Source: Neodothiora populina
Taxonomy: Eukaryota
Length of the DNA stretch: 64,000 nucleotides
Reading direction: 5' to 3'
NCBI RefSeq assembly: GCF_041146345.1
Contig: NW_027191414.1
Span: 496,001-560,000 of the forward strand
Part shown: positions 36,300 to 49,647 of the stretch, one piece after another
Layout of the letters: each line of letters starts with the position of its first letter
Position numbering within the stretch: position 1 is the stretch's first letter
Notes under the pieces: generated by a model
Told to the model about the DNA's origin: nothing
Databases searched by the model: none
What the model saw: the letters and a program-made list of their open reading frames with translations, nothing else
Translations under genes and position numbers: made by a program

Positions 36300-37562
36300 A
36301 TTCTTTTGGCTGATTATGAACACTCGAAATTGACAAAGCGGTGGTCGTTCCTTTTTGCTTTGCGAACCGGACTTCTGTGCAAGGACCAACTTCATGCATA
36401 TGCATGTGTCCATGTGGAGCCACGTTAATGGTCCATCGGTCTGGGTGGCTGCGTCTTCAGTCACAATGCTGTCATGTCTGCTAGCGGAAACCAAAACTAG
36501 ACAAGCAGTCGCTATGTCTCGAGAAGGCGTGTCCAGTGACAAGAGCGCAGAGACAAGCTCCGCAGCGGCGATTATGCTGTCATGATTGAGAGGATGCAGG
36601 TTGAATCGAATGTATCTTGTTAGTGTTATGATCGATACTTGTGGTAATATATGAACAATTGTCTGAGATAAATTTATGATGTTTTTGATGCCTGTTCAAG
36701 AACAAAGAGTAGCAGATTGTGATATCGGGTTCGACGAGTATAGCCTGCTCCGGAAAAGTACAAAGACACGTGGGATGTGAGCTGGTTTGGCCGCGAAAGA
36801 ACACCATGCCCTCAATGACTTGTTGCTTGAACTTCATTCAGGAACGAGGAGCGAAAGACAACTAGACAGGTGAATTGGGCCCAGGCTGCAGATACAAAGC
36901 AGATGATTATAAAACCCTCAATGTGAATGCGGGCTGGATCCAGAGATTGTTTCGGTCAAGTGTTTCTACTCAGGGATGAGGCGAGGTGGTTGAAGTGAGG
37001 TACAGTATGGTAAGGTAAAGTAGCCAGATCGCCCGCAGGCGGGAGTGAGACGCTAGTCGGTTTGTGTACAGCCGCGCATAGTTGTCATAAAGAGACGAGA
37101 AACACGGGACACAGTACTCAGTTGCACTCGACCATCGAGGGGTAAAGTGTGTGACGAATTTTCATCAAGATCATAGCCTGGTCTGCACTGTATCTCACAC
37201 AAGAAGATAAGAACAGGAAGCCATTGGTTGTGACTACGACTTCTGTCACTCCCAGTCCCAGCTGCCCTCCCTGAGCCGAAGCTGAGTGGAAGATGGAAGA
37301 TGCAGAGCTGCAGTGGGACTAGCGTGGGCTTGGCGCTCCTGCAGTTCTCGGCTGGGCGATTTTGGCCCCGCTGCCGTCTGCCTCTGGACGCTTATCCCTC
37401 CCTCACTTGAACCACAACAACACCTTTCGTAAATTCTCCACTCACCCATCTGTCACCAGAAAAGAAAAACCCTCCCTGAGACTCTTTCCAAGGACGTAAT
37501 ACCCCTTACGCAGCACATTTCAACAAAACCCAGTCTCCAGTAACAGCCAGCCACTGCGTTTT

Positions 37563-38343
37563 ATGTCGATCGAGAACTTGAAGAGTTTTGGTAAGGACGA
37601 CAACCCCTCCTTCGACGTCACCTTGACCCTGAGTCGCTGTTCCCGACGGGCTATGGTTCGAATGTGGATGTGTAATGCATCTTGCTGTTTCTTGATCCCG
37701 GATGGATGTCGAGACTCGCCTGACTGCGTTCGCATTCTGGCTCATCGTGTCTGCCCGACTGTCACCGTTGCTCTCGCCGTCGTCGTTCCTACTCCCAGCC
37801 GCCGGCACGTGTCGCTGACAAAACCTCATTACAGACCCCTTCGCCGAAGCCGATGAGGATACAGGAGAGACTAAGCAGTCTCAAAACTACATTCACATCC
37901 GTATTCAGCGTACGTTTCTCCTCTTTCTGCTGTCGCTAGTCATCACCTCCAGCTGTTGGAGCCCAACACATCACCGTCTTGTCGCCTATTGGACAAGAAC
38001 AAAAAAAAACTAACCATTTTCTCTTGTCCAATCACAGAGCGCAATGGACGCAAGACCTTGACCACTGTCCAAGGACTTCCTAAGAAATTCGATCAGAAGA
38101 AGATTCTCAAGGTCATCAAGAAGAAGTTTGCCTGCAATGGCACCATCGTCAACGACACGGAGATGGGTGAGGTGATCCAGCTTCAAGGCGATCAGCGTAA
38201 GGATGTTCAGGAGTTCTTGACCGACAAGAAGGAGGGTCTCGAGCTCGATGCCAAGACCATCAAGGTCAGTGATTTTGTTTTGCCCAGTCTAAGACTATTA
38301 TGTCCGCATATTGACTTGAGAAATTCAGGTCCACGGTTTCTAA
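37563..38343 (+). CDS. SUI1: Translation initiation factor eIF1; exons 37563-37590, 37835-37909, 38038-38264, 38329-38343
   Basis: Spliced product MSIENLKSFDPFAEADED...NYIHIRIQQRNGRKTLTTVQG...KKKFACNGT...IQLQGDQR...TIKVHGF. Confidence 0.97.
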
Positions 38344-38969
38344 ACGTCCAACACCGCGCCATCACGCCTACTCGTCTGGTACGAGAGAGCAGCCAGCGAA
38401 CCTGACGACAAGAACCACCTTCGCTTCTTCACGCGCAGCAAACGCCACGTTCACCGGCCATTTTTCTCTCTCTATATACGACTCATGACGAACACAGTAG
38501 GCTGTGCACCCGGGGTTTGTATCTCTGGATGCGGCGCGGGATTTTGGCGTTCAAAGATACCCTCTTGTCAACTGAAACGAAGCGTGTGAAGGCAGTGTTT
38601 TCAATTTCCATTGCCTTCTAGCTGTTGTAGTTGTTGTTGCTTTTGTGCTTTTCCTTTTTGAACGAGGCAGTCTGTTATCGGACGGCGATCGTTTTCTCGG
38701 ATGAAGAGTGGCCTCGATTTGGTTTGGCGGTTTCGGAGAAGGGTAATACTCATTCGATACTCGGCCGTGTTGCTCTTGGCAAGTAGCTATTCAAATGCAG
38801 CATCGATTTCATGCTCAATTCTTTTTATTGTTGTATGTGTGAGTGATATGTACAACTTGAATGTTGAATTTACTTTTCCTCGTTTGATTTACATGCTATG
38901 TTACATTATACAGAAACGGCAGCAGGATGCCTCCTTTTTCTTTCTTTTCTTTTGACATGCAGGGCCCAC

Positions 38970-40139
38970 TTAAGCAATCGCCTTTGTCTCCTCTGCCTGC
39001 AACTTGTCGAGGGTCATCTCTTCCGTCGTGCCCCAGGCCTTCCACTCACCCATCTTGCCCTTTCTCAACGTCCTCTGCACAACGAAATACTCGACGACCT
39101 CCTTGCCGACATTGTCGGGCGTGCTGCCCTCCTCCAGCACTTCCGACACCTTCCCACCCGACGACCTGATCTTCCTGAGTCTCTGCAGCGACTGCCTGCT
39201 ACGAATGCGCACCACAGCCTGCTGGATGGCGCTCTGCTTGGTCTTGTCCTTTTCGCCCGCCGTCAGCGGCACAAAGCGATGACTGACGACCTTGGGCGAG
39301 CCGATATACTCGTGCAGCTTCCAACGCATGCTGGTGTTGGGCGCCCGGGCTAAGATGCGCGTCTTGAGCCTATCGAAGACGTTCTCGCACAGCTGCTTGC
39401 GGATCACGTCGATGTCGCCGCTGGCGAAGTGCGTGTACATGGACTCGTAGAGGGACTTGGAAATGGCGGGCAGTTGGTGGCGCTGGAGAAGGGGGAAGCG
39501 GCACGCGGTGCGCCACTTGGGCGATTTCAGATTGCTGAAGATGGTGCGGCGCGAGGGGTCCCGGATGTATATGTATTTCATCACCCCCGTCGCGAGAAGG
39601 TCTTTGGTGTGTTGGATCAGACGGGCTTTTTCTAGGGCCAGGCGGCCGGAGGGGTTCGAGAAGATGCTGGGCAGGTTGCGGCCGTGGGGCATGATGAAGG
39701 TGCCTGGGATATGTCAGTCTTGCTTCTCTCCATGACGTGCGAGTATGTGTGTGTGTGTGTGTGTATGCATGCGCAATGGGCGGATCCACTCGCGGTGCGT
39801 GGCGTAGGGTTGAGCGTAGAGATGGAAAAACGAACCAGGCAAGAACCCGATATCATCAGGAAACTGCAGAGCCTCCTTGGACTCCTGCATCAGGATCTTC
39901 ATGCTCTTCTGCGGCGTCGTCTTCTGACTCGGCATCTGAGGAATAAACGAGTTGTTTCTCTTAGCCATTCCTTGCCGTGTGGTGGTGAATGATCGAGCGC
40001 GAGGGGAGAGGCCATGCTGCGTCTGTCGCTGCTGCTGCTGTTGCTGGGCCTGCACAAGTAGAGGAGCGCATTGCTGCTGTCTTTGCTGCAGAGTACAAGG
40101 GCGCAGGATGACCTGCCGTAGTCGTGTCGTGGACGCCAT
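38970..40139 (-). CDS. Mitochondrial Tim44-like domain protein (Mba1/MRPL45-like); intron 39704-39835
   Basis: Presequence-like N-terminus; PDDIGFLP|GTFIMP; MYTHFASGD, QAVVRIRSRQSL, VEYFVVQR, WKAWGTT. Confidence 0.8.
39746..39764. repeat. (TG)9 microsatellite inside the intron of the Tim44-like gene
   Basis: Direct read of the sequence. Confidence 0.9.
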
Positions 40140-41006
40140 TGGGAGGTTTTAATGGGATTCTTTCTGTATGCCGGGAATATTATGTTTGATTCATGACCAG
40201 CGAGCTGCGAGACATTGATCATGCGGCCTTGGCGGATAAGGTCCGTGCACTTTATATTCTATCTACTCCGCCTCTCTGCCTCTATCCATATCTATCTCAC
40301 TCATCATATTTGTAGCATGAAGGACAGTGGGCCGAGTCTTTGGTTTCACACTGATGGCTGAACCTTTGAGTAGCTATCCTACCTGCGCAAATGGCTGTCA
40401 GACGACGAACGACCCGTTCCTACGCCTGATGGCTGACTACAAGCATGATACTCCACCGATAAAAGGCTGCTAACCCTCCATCATGCGCAATAGCATACAT
40501 GTACAATGCAGTAAGATACACCATGAGCAAAACCCAACCTACCGGAGAGTCCGTGGCGAAAATTTGTGGGTCTGCACAACACGAGGTAGATAAAACCCCC
40601 TCACTTGAAGGTCGTCGCGAGAGCATGTAACCCCTCCTCGCCCATGCAGTTGTTGATGAACCATGGGGCCGCATCTTCGCAGATAAGCAAATGCGCCTGC
40701 AGATACCTTACCAAGTCGAGTCTGGCTACGGTCAAGCTTCTCTCAGCCCTCGCATATCTCTTCACATGTATCGGAGCATACTTCGTATCATCATCATATG
40801 CAACTTATTATAGCCAGCCGTCACACCAATCCACTCCGGATGGAGTAATGGTGCTGCAAGACAGCGCAATTGATGCACCTACTCGTCAGCTATCGGCTGA
40901 ATAGCTCATCTACATACACTCACTTGTTTTGATGCCGCGTCCTGTACTCAGTGACTGTCCTTTTCTGCCTTACCTCTGTAGCAACCTATACCGAACATCG
41001 TTGACA

Positions 41007-42879
41007 ATGTCCACCTTCAACCCCGCCCTTGGAGTTAGTGGGACTGACATACCGGGCACGGTCTACTTGATTGATCTTGAGCACATCGGAAGAGACACGC
41101 AACATGCTGGCCACAAAGACATTATTCTGGTGCCGCAGCCAATCCTCGACAACAAGCGCGATCCGTTGGTAAGCAGCGTTCAATCCTCGCGAAGGAGATT
41201 TGTCTGCTAAAAGTGAGACCCCTAGAACTGGCCACGCTACAAGAAGTACTGGTCTTTGTTCCTCGCCTCGCTGTACGCTTGTATCGTGGCTTTCTCCGCG
41301 AACATCCTAGGCGCAGCCTGGACCACAGTTGCAGAAGATTCTCATACATCTCTAAACCAGATGAATGGTGCCTCAGCAATGTGGTACATATTGGTCGGCT
41401 TTGCCAACTTACTCTGGGTTCCAACGGTAAGCCCAACCAGCATCTGCCGCTGCAAGGATTGCTCTACTGACGGCAGCTCAGGCAATGAAAGTAGGACGTA
41501 AGTTCTGCTATATTGCTGCCATGACCATCGACGTGGCATCTATGATATGGAACGCATACTTCATGGGCGCGGGTCAATGGTACGGTGATAATTTCCTAAG
41601 CGGGATTGGTGTTGCCGCCTACGAAGCTATCATTCAGCTCACGGTATGAAATTCAATGAGCCTCTCGTTGCCGGAAGCTGAACTTGACTGCAGATATTCG
41701 ACATGTTCTTCGCACACGAGCGAGGAACCATGCTTGCGGTATACGTCTGGACCATGTCATTGGGTGCAATCCTCGGACTGATCCTCGGGGGATATATCAG
41801 TGACGATATTGGCTGGCGAGCTGGTTGCAAGATCAGTGCTATCCTTGGCGTGCGCTTTGATGCTTACAACTGTACTGCTGATATACTGACATACATCAAA
41901 GGGTGTCGTCGTACTCCTGTTCATCTTGACTTTCGACGACTCGTTGTTTCCGCGCCATGTTTTCCGGGACGGCGTCACAAATGTCATAGTCACTGAAACT
42001 CGGACTGATTCTGAGCCGACTGATACCGAGGGAAAACATGCTGCCGACAAGACGTCAGAACCAATCACTCGCCAGATCAGCACTTCCGTTGGACCTGTCG
42101 AAGTCCCGCCTCGGTCCTACCTAGAGGTGCTGAACCCTATTCATTTCTTCGCAATCGACCAGACCCGATGGATACAATACTTCTTGCGTCCCTTTGAGCT
42201 TTTCCTCTTCCCCAACATCGCCATCGCTGGCATAATCTTCGCCTTTGGTGCCACAGGAGGTGTAGTAACCTTCAACACGATCAGCGAAATCATGACCGAG
42301 CCGCCATACTCATGGACGGACGGCCCGACCGGTCTCATGTACCTCAGCTCTTTAGTCGGATCGATCATCGGCATGTTCACCGCCAACATGGGTGATCGCA
42401 TTGTACTTTTCCTGGCTCGACGAAACGGTGGGTACAAAGAGCCCGAAATGCGACTGTGGATCCTGGCCGTCACTTTCGTGTATGCCGGGGTCGGGCTCTT
42501 CGCCTACGGCTGGGGCGCTGAGACCGGCGCCCCGTGGGCCGTAATCGCGATTGGGCTAGGCGCCGTGAACGCGCACCAAGTGACGGCCTCTAGTGTTGCA
42601 ACGGCGTACGCAATGGAGTGCTACGAGGGCATCGCAGGCGAGTTAGTCGTCGTCCTGGCGTGCTGTAGCGCCGTCGTCAACTGTGCCATGTCCGAGGCCG
42701 TCCAGCCGTTCATCGCAGATGCAGGCTATGGATGGACGTTCACGTTCTTTGGCTTGTGTGTGCTGCTCAGTGTCGGTCTTGCGCTGCCTTTGGGAATTTG
42801 GGGCAAATCTTGGAGGAAAAGGGGAAAGGCAAGGTATGAGAGGTTTATTTCTCAGGGAGTGGGCATTGGCATGGGATGA
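41007..42879 (+). CDS. MFS transporter (Hol1-like); introns 41169-41225, 41427-41481, 41644-41693, 41850-41901
   Basis: IPGTVYL, IILVPQP...DPL|NWP, DMFFAHERG, RRNGGYKEPEMRLW, IWGKSWR motifs; four introns restore one frame. Confidence 0.9.
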
Positions 42880-43124
42880 TGGTTTGTCTAGGTATCCATT
42901 CTCCATAGAAGAGACATGTGATGATACCGTATACTATATCCATCTTTTCTTACTGCGAACCTGGCAAACTATCATTGCTGTACTTGAAAACCTGTTCACT
43001 GCTATCACTATCTCCAGCGTATAACATATAATGACAATCTGTCTGTAGCAGGTGACACTAGCGATCGAAGAACCACAAGGTCTCCCTGCGTCATCAATAA
43101 CACTAGACCTCTGAGACTTTGGTT

Positions 43125-44312
43125 TCACTGCATAATGTTCGCACCCATATCCTTGACCTCGCCACCCACAGATCTCACGGGGTGTCGATCGATAATGAAA
43201 AGCCTGTCAAACGTGTCTGCGTCCCAGCACATGCGCGCGGAACTGAACTCTCGCGCTGCGAACTGCGGGCCGAGCGTTTCGCGGAGTAAAGTGCGCATGC
43301 GGGATTCGGAGTCTAAAGGGATCTGATTGCGGGCGAGCGGGGTGGATTTGGGGGGGGCGGCCTGGGCAGGTGGAGACGGGGTTGATGTAGCCTGGGTGTT
43401 CGTCGCAGATTTCGAGCTCTGGAGGGTTCGAGGCTGTGGGCTCGATGAAGAGGCCTCGGTCTGCGGCGAAGAGGACGGGGAGAGCTTTCATGCGCGCTGC
43501 TTCGGGAGCTGTTAGAAGGATGTGGGCTAGGGTCGGTTTTGGACTGATCAGCTCAAAGTGAAGACGGGTGAAGGAGGAGGGATGCGGGTGCTGACCCATG
43601 CTGTCTGTCTTAGTTGGCCTTCGAAATCAAAGATCAGATCAGAGGATGCTCCAGCGGCGAGAATGACATGTTCAGCGAGATGCTCGACCGCATCTGCGGT
43701 TCTCGCTCCCAGAACCTTGCCGGCATCCTCATCATATATCAATGCCTGCACTTTCCCCACAGGATCACCAGCAACGAACTTGACACCCAGTCTACACGCC
43801 TCTGAATATGCACTCATCATCGCGCCTCGAGCGAACACCCACCCAGCACCTTTCTTCCTCCAAAACCCTCTCCAGCCAGGGAACTCACCGTTCAACACCC
43901 CCTCAGGCATCATCTTCCTAAACGCCTCTTTGCCATTCACGACCTCATACTCGTCCTCATGCCCAGTCGTATACCCCTTGACATGCTCATACGCTTCATC
44001 TCCCACAGCAGCAAACACGATGCCCGTCTCATGGTAGAAGCGTTTGTACACCTCATCATTTCTCCAGGCCTCAGTAGCTATCTGATGCATGCGGTTCCAG
44101 ACATATGACTCTTGGTTATCCGTCGACGAGGGCGGATCGCCTTCTTCCATGATTTTATTCACGTCGTTGCCCGCTGAGATGCTAGAGGGGATTGCGCAGC
44201 TGTCGAGGACGAGGATGTCGGTGTAGCCTCGCCGTGCCAGGGTTAGTGCTGTGCTGATGCCCCATGTGCCGCCGCCTATTACTTGGATTGGAGAGTTTTG
44301 AGTGGGAGGCAT
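43125..44312 (-). pseudogene. Fructosyl-amino-acid oxidase (amadoriase / sarcosine-oxidase family), apparently disrupted
   Basis: VIGGGTWGISTA, SAGNDVNKI, GAGWVFA, TAW|TLAHI, ICDEHPGY, MCWDADT. The intron 43534-43595 ends in CG rather than AG, there is a frameshift at the G8 run 43350-43357, and the C-terminal segment after DRHP is missing. Confidence 0.8.
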
Positions 44313-45332
44313 TGTTGAGGGTGTGGTCTTTATGAGGTTGGTATATTTGCTTTGCTTGGGCTTATGGATAGGTCAACAGGGCAGAATTGTCAACCGTATG
44401 GTTCAGGCCAAGTCGATCTCTGTATTGCACGTAAGGGTAGATATATAAAGCGAAAGTTCAGACGATGCTAATGTAGTCAGACACGATTGAAGTGAATCAA
44501 GATATCACAAGCATGATTAGAAATGAACATGATTTCAAGGAGGTAGTTGATGTTTCATATTCTACACCATGCAGGTCCGATGGTGGCGTGGGAAGATGTG
44601 GTGGAGACGTATATACATCGTGTGGAGACATGTGATAAGAGGAATTGGTCCACCTTCCACTCCTGGCTTGCATATGACAAAACGACTGAGACGATCCTGC
44701 GAGCTTACCGCATTCATAGTGGCAATATGGATTGTGAGATCCAGGAGTGGTGGATTGGCACATGAGTATGATATTCGTGGACGAGTATACGATTAGTCGA
44801 CTTTCGGCTGACCACAGCGCTGTGCAGTATTGCGGAAAGCCATGATCATCACTATCTATACAAGTTGAAACTACTATATAGGCACATACGGCCACAGGCA
44901 GCTGAGAACTGGGCATCCCGTCCGCTCTGCCAGACATAAGCAGTTGACCGGCTGATTAGTACTACGGTGGGTGACCACGTGGGAATCCCAGCTGCTGTAT
45001 GTTTTGTATTTTTGCAACAGACATACGAACATCGGTCTTCGCACTGTTGTGGTTCACCATGTTTTGGGCATCGTACTCAGAGCACGTCCTCGTAGTGGTA
45101 CGCAATTCAAGCTGCGTAGTGTTTGAGTCGACCGTGTTCGGCTGCGACGTCCAACTCGTGACTCTTGCTGGGCTATTTAGAATTCAACATTTCCCTCCCG
45201 GTTATATTACTTTTGTTTATCTTTCAATCAACGTGAGTCTCGTAATGACCGATCTCTCGAACGATCTGGGCTTGACTGGACCAGACCATATGCTGTAGAT
45301 GCGTAGCTAGACTTTCTCCTGCTCGTGAGTCA

Positions 45333-46656
45333 TCATACGTGTGCCCAGCCATTCGCAACAACGACCTGCATCTCGTTCACCAGGCAATAAACACCGCGTT
45401 CTACTCGACCTGCAGCACCTGAAGACCAAGCCTCAACTCTTCTCCGCATTTCCCGTTCTTTGAACCACGTACTCGTGAACCATCTTCGAAGCCGGTTCTC
45501 CCATAATTTGCTGAATATGCGGAAAGAGCTCAACCAGTCATTGTAAAGGAGAGGACTCATCCGTCGGTAAGCTGCATCATTGTAGCCAACTCGTACTCGA
45601 GGGTTGACCCATATGCCGCTTTCCTTTGCTAAAGGGTTATCGGCGTATATGAGACAGCATTCAGACCCCTCCACATGAGATTTTGCAAGACTATCAGGTA
45701 CCCCTCGGAAGCGAAGTGGGTTCTTCGAATCATAGAAAGGAGCAGCGTCCATGACGACTGTTTCGCGTCAAGAATGAACGATCTAACAAAGTGATTCTGT
45801 TTGACGTACCCATGCCATTCCAGCAACCCACTACTGGTACAGGTCCATTTGCTTTCATGGCTTCTCTCGACTTCCTCGCGCGAAAATAGGGCCACGTCAT
45901 CATCAGTGGCTCATGTCCCTCGGCATCACGGAGAGCGAACGTGTCGTAAAAGTCTGGTGGCTTGGAGAAGTCCAAGGAACAAGCAGCTCCATAGTGCCCC
46001 TGATTAGTGTTTAGGAGTGTACGGAAATCTTCTGTCTGGTAAAAGTCAGTAAAGTTCAACATTTGTATGAAGATAAGGATGCAGACATCAAACACGACAT
46101 CGTTCAGGAACAAAATCTTGTCGAATACGGTGCCATTCGTGGCAAGCTCATAAAGCGGCTGTAACGAGAGATTACGCATCTTCGACAAGTATGGTATACG
46201 CCTCAGTTCAGATTTGCCTCTAGAAGTGAAAATCCACCCGTCGGTCGTCAAAGGAGTTGCAATTTCGTCTGCGTGAGTGCTTTCACTCAACGAGATGCTT
46301 CGCTGTACGCCGATTCTTTCGAGTTCGGCATCAAGTTCTTTGAGTGCACCCTTCGAGTCATCCCAGCTCCCGCTTTCTACGACACTGACAAAAAAATTAT
46401 CCGGTCCAAGATACATGCCTAAATCAGCAACCGCAGCGTTCCAGTGACTGCGAAGTAAGGCCTCATTATTCCAATGCGTACTTGCAAGGAATATTTTTTG
46501 CCGTTTTGATTCAGTGACATCGCTTGAAGGACTCTGAGGAAATGCCACTAAATTTCGTCGTACATGTAGAACCTCCAGAATTGTCCATATTAGCCACACT
46601 ATCAAAGTGATTCTCCTCGCCCTCTTGAGATGTCGAAGATGTGAACGCATCGCCAT
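45333..46656 (-). CDS. Glycosyltransferase family 69 (CAP59/Cmt1-like alpha-1,3-mannosyltransferase); introns 46036-46086 and 45758-45809
   Basis: N-terminal TM anchor; ESGSWDDSK, RRIPYLSKMRN, ILFLNDVVF, ACSLDF, FYDTFALRD, CWNGM, EGSECCLI motifs. Confidence 0.92.
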
Positions 46657-47173
46657 AGTCGGCAACACGGAAAGGGAGGAAACAACTTTTAGGCTACAGT
46701 AGTGGTACTGTTTACCCTTTGATCAGTGACCTGAATTAGACTAGATCCCCGGTACAAGGCAAGAGCCGTACCTTATCTGCTCAGGGGTTGCCACCGTCTA
46801 CCGCCGTATGTGGAGACCTGCGGTTCGCCAAGACACTAGGCTGGACTGACTGGTAGTCAATTATCTCAAAACACATGCTCAAGCGACGTAATGGATATTC
46901 AGCATAATCACCCACTCAGAAGACATAAATTAGCGCCGTGTCGAACAGATCTAGACATCTGATAGATAAGAATAGATGTCTTTGCGAGAAATGAATTAGG
47001 GCGGTCGCTAGGTCTGCATCTCTCATTGCTGGATGAGTGATTTCCAGCAGGAACCGCCGCAATGCATCACACTACTATGCAGATAGAGCTCCTCATAATG
47101 TAGGAATGTCCTGCCTGCTGAAAGCAAGAAAGGTATCCTCCACCCTTCCTAAGTCGCGTCAGGAGGTATCACG

Positions 47174-49647
47174 ATGTCGAACCTTTCTCGAGAGACTTTG
47201 CCTCAGCGTGCTGAGAGCCACCTGGGCGGAAGATCCGATAGCATATCCGAGGTCGCATCCAGTCTCGACCTTTCCGACATTACAATAATTGACGGCCAGA
47301 TCAGCAGTTCGGATGTGAGACTACTAGAGCTGTATGTCGAAAAGCATGCTCGAGAAGTCCGTCTCGACCTGGGCCGTACGAGCGGCCTTCAACTGAGTAT
47401 CATTCCGTTGACCGATTTCCCAACAGCAATAGGCGATCGGAATCTCGAGCGAGTAGTACTGTCAATTCGTCTACAAGAACTTTGGCTGATGGTCCATCCA
47501 TGGTCCTCTCAGTCCACCCTGACCAAGATCAGCAAGGTTTTTTGCTTCGGAACCTCTGCAAGGTTCTGCGTCTGCAAATTCTTTGCGACGTATACGACAA
47601 GCGCTTTGGACACCACGTAACAGAGGTGAAGAAAGTGGCAGCTTTCAAAGACCGCAGGCAAGCTTTGGTGCGAAACATGATACACATACCGCCAATGGCA
47701 GCAGCCTTGGTGGTCGTCATCTTCAATATGGAGCAGTATTATATCGGTGGTGAGCTCAGTGGTGCTACAGGTCAAGATGTGGAGAAGCTAGCTGCGTTGA
47801 CATTTGCGGCCAAATTACACGAACTGCTAATGTTGGCTTCGTTGGGTGAAGTTGTCTTCACCTGGCTTCGTAAAGAGTTAGCTTTTGGTGGTGGAGTGCC
47901 GTTCGGAGCTGTTTTCGTTGGCCTTCAGATTGATGCAATCAGCACGTTGTGGGCACCAGAGTTCTGGGGCACAGTTTACGATGCTTGGACTAGAGGGAAA
48001 GGTAATCGGCTCAGGAAATGGGCTTTGATCTGTCTCATTACGACTTGTATCCTACTAGGAGTGTCCGTTGGACCATCGACAGTAAACTTGATGAAGCCAC
48101 GCTTGAGCAACAGGCCGGCGGGAGGTACTGACTTCTGGCTCAATGCAACTGAACGGAATATCTATCCCGCCACTATCAACGCAACCTCAGCCACTGACCG
48201 ATGTGCAGCTGAAGATACTGGGGACGCCTCCTGTCCATACGGGGACTATGAGATGATAGAAAGACATTATATGGCATTCTGGCCTCGTCTTGAAGCACTC
48301 GGCGACATGCCTGAAGAACTTTTTGTCACCGGGCCTGCATCCTTACGACGGATGGAACTACGGCACCGTAGTCAGCGGGGTAACAACAGGCCTATCTGGA
48401 CAAATGCTTATACTACGGTCACAGTCCCTTTCGCTGGGATATCAGATGCCCCCGCCGAACTTGGGAGGATGTGGGCCTTCGCAGCAGCCAACGCCAAAGA
48501 TTCGAAACGATTCAGGTATCGTCGAGATGCCGAGTACTCTGTCGACATGTATCAACCTGTAGTCATGGTGCGCTGTGAGAACATCTCTGAAGTCAAGCAG
48601 GTGGCATCGCGGATCGTTGAATTCGTCGACTTCGGGAGTCTTGTAAAAGACATTGATGGCAATAGCGGTGCCGAAGCGAAGTACTCTAGGAAGTTTTCTT
48701 GGGATAAACCATACGATCTCGAAACTCTCAACTTGACACTACAGTACTCGATAGCGCCTCAAGTCATATGGCTCGATGACGCCATGCTTTTGCGTTCCAT
48801 CGGGAGTACCCTGGCAGCTATTGTCACATTTCCGAACAGGACTGGCCATGGAAAATACTTTTGCTGTAGTATCGACAGCCGTCTTGCTCCTTCAAAAGGA
48901 ACCAGCACCAGAAATTCGCCAAAGCTAGTATCAGGATCGCAAGAAGACTGGGTTAGTCACGGGACTATCCAGGGTGGGTGGAACAAGACATACCCTTCTG
49001 CTGCATGGGCGAAGAGTATATTCCCTCCAACGAACATCAGCGCAAAAGCAACACACAACGTTTTCAGTAGCTTGGCATCGGCCGCCGGGTTATGGGAGTC
49101 GTCTGCCCCAGCGGAGCCCCTTAACGACAATTATATTGTTGAAACGCTACTGGCATCCTCTGTCGCTAACGCTCTTGGAAGACTTAACTTCAATCTGAGT
49201 ACCATAGGTGCGCTGAAGCACGCCACGACTCATCCATGGGCTGCCGGCACAGCAAAGAATAGCTGGATCAATGATTTTTTCCCCAAAAGCCAAATGAGCT
49301 CCGGTGGCAACATCTGCAACATCACAGAAGACGAGAAGCAAAAGTCGACGAAGCTCAAGATGCTCGCAGTCGTCAATGGTTACGCGTACAGTTCATCTAG
49401 CGGCGAAAGTATAGCTGAGATCATGGTGCTGCTCATATATCTTCTGGTCGCCGGAGCGCACATCGTTTTCTCCGTACTGACTGGTTGGACGTTCCTCTCC
49501 TGGGGCACTGCGCCCGAGAATGTCACACTTGCCCTCAACTCGGAGCAGAGTGAAGCGATGAGAAACACAGGAGCGGGTATCGGGACGGCAGCGACCTTTG
49601 AACAGTCTATTCGAGTCATGAGGAGGGGCGACAATCTAGAAATCTAG
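47174..49647 (+). CDS. Hypothetical membrane glycoprotein; probable intron 47376 (or 47397)-47512; C-terminus shortened by an 8-bp duplication
   Basis: 721-codon ORF with N-terminal TM segments (AAKLHELLMLASL, VSVGPS), many N-x-S/T sites and a C-terminal TM. A phase-1 intron joins it to the ORF at 47174; the 5' end is uncertain. Confidence 0.72.
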
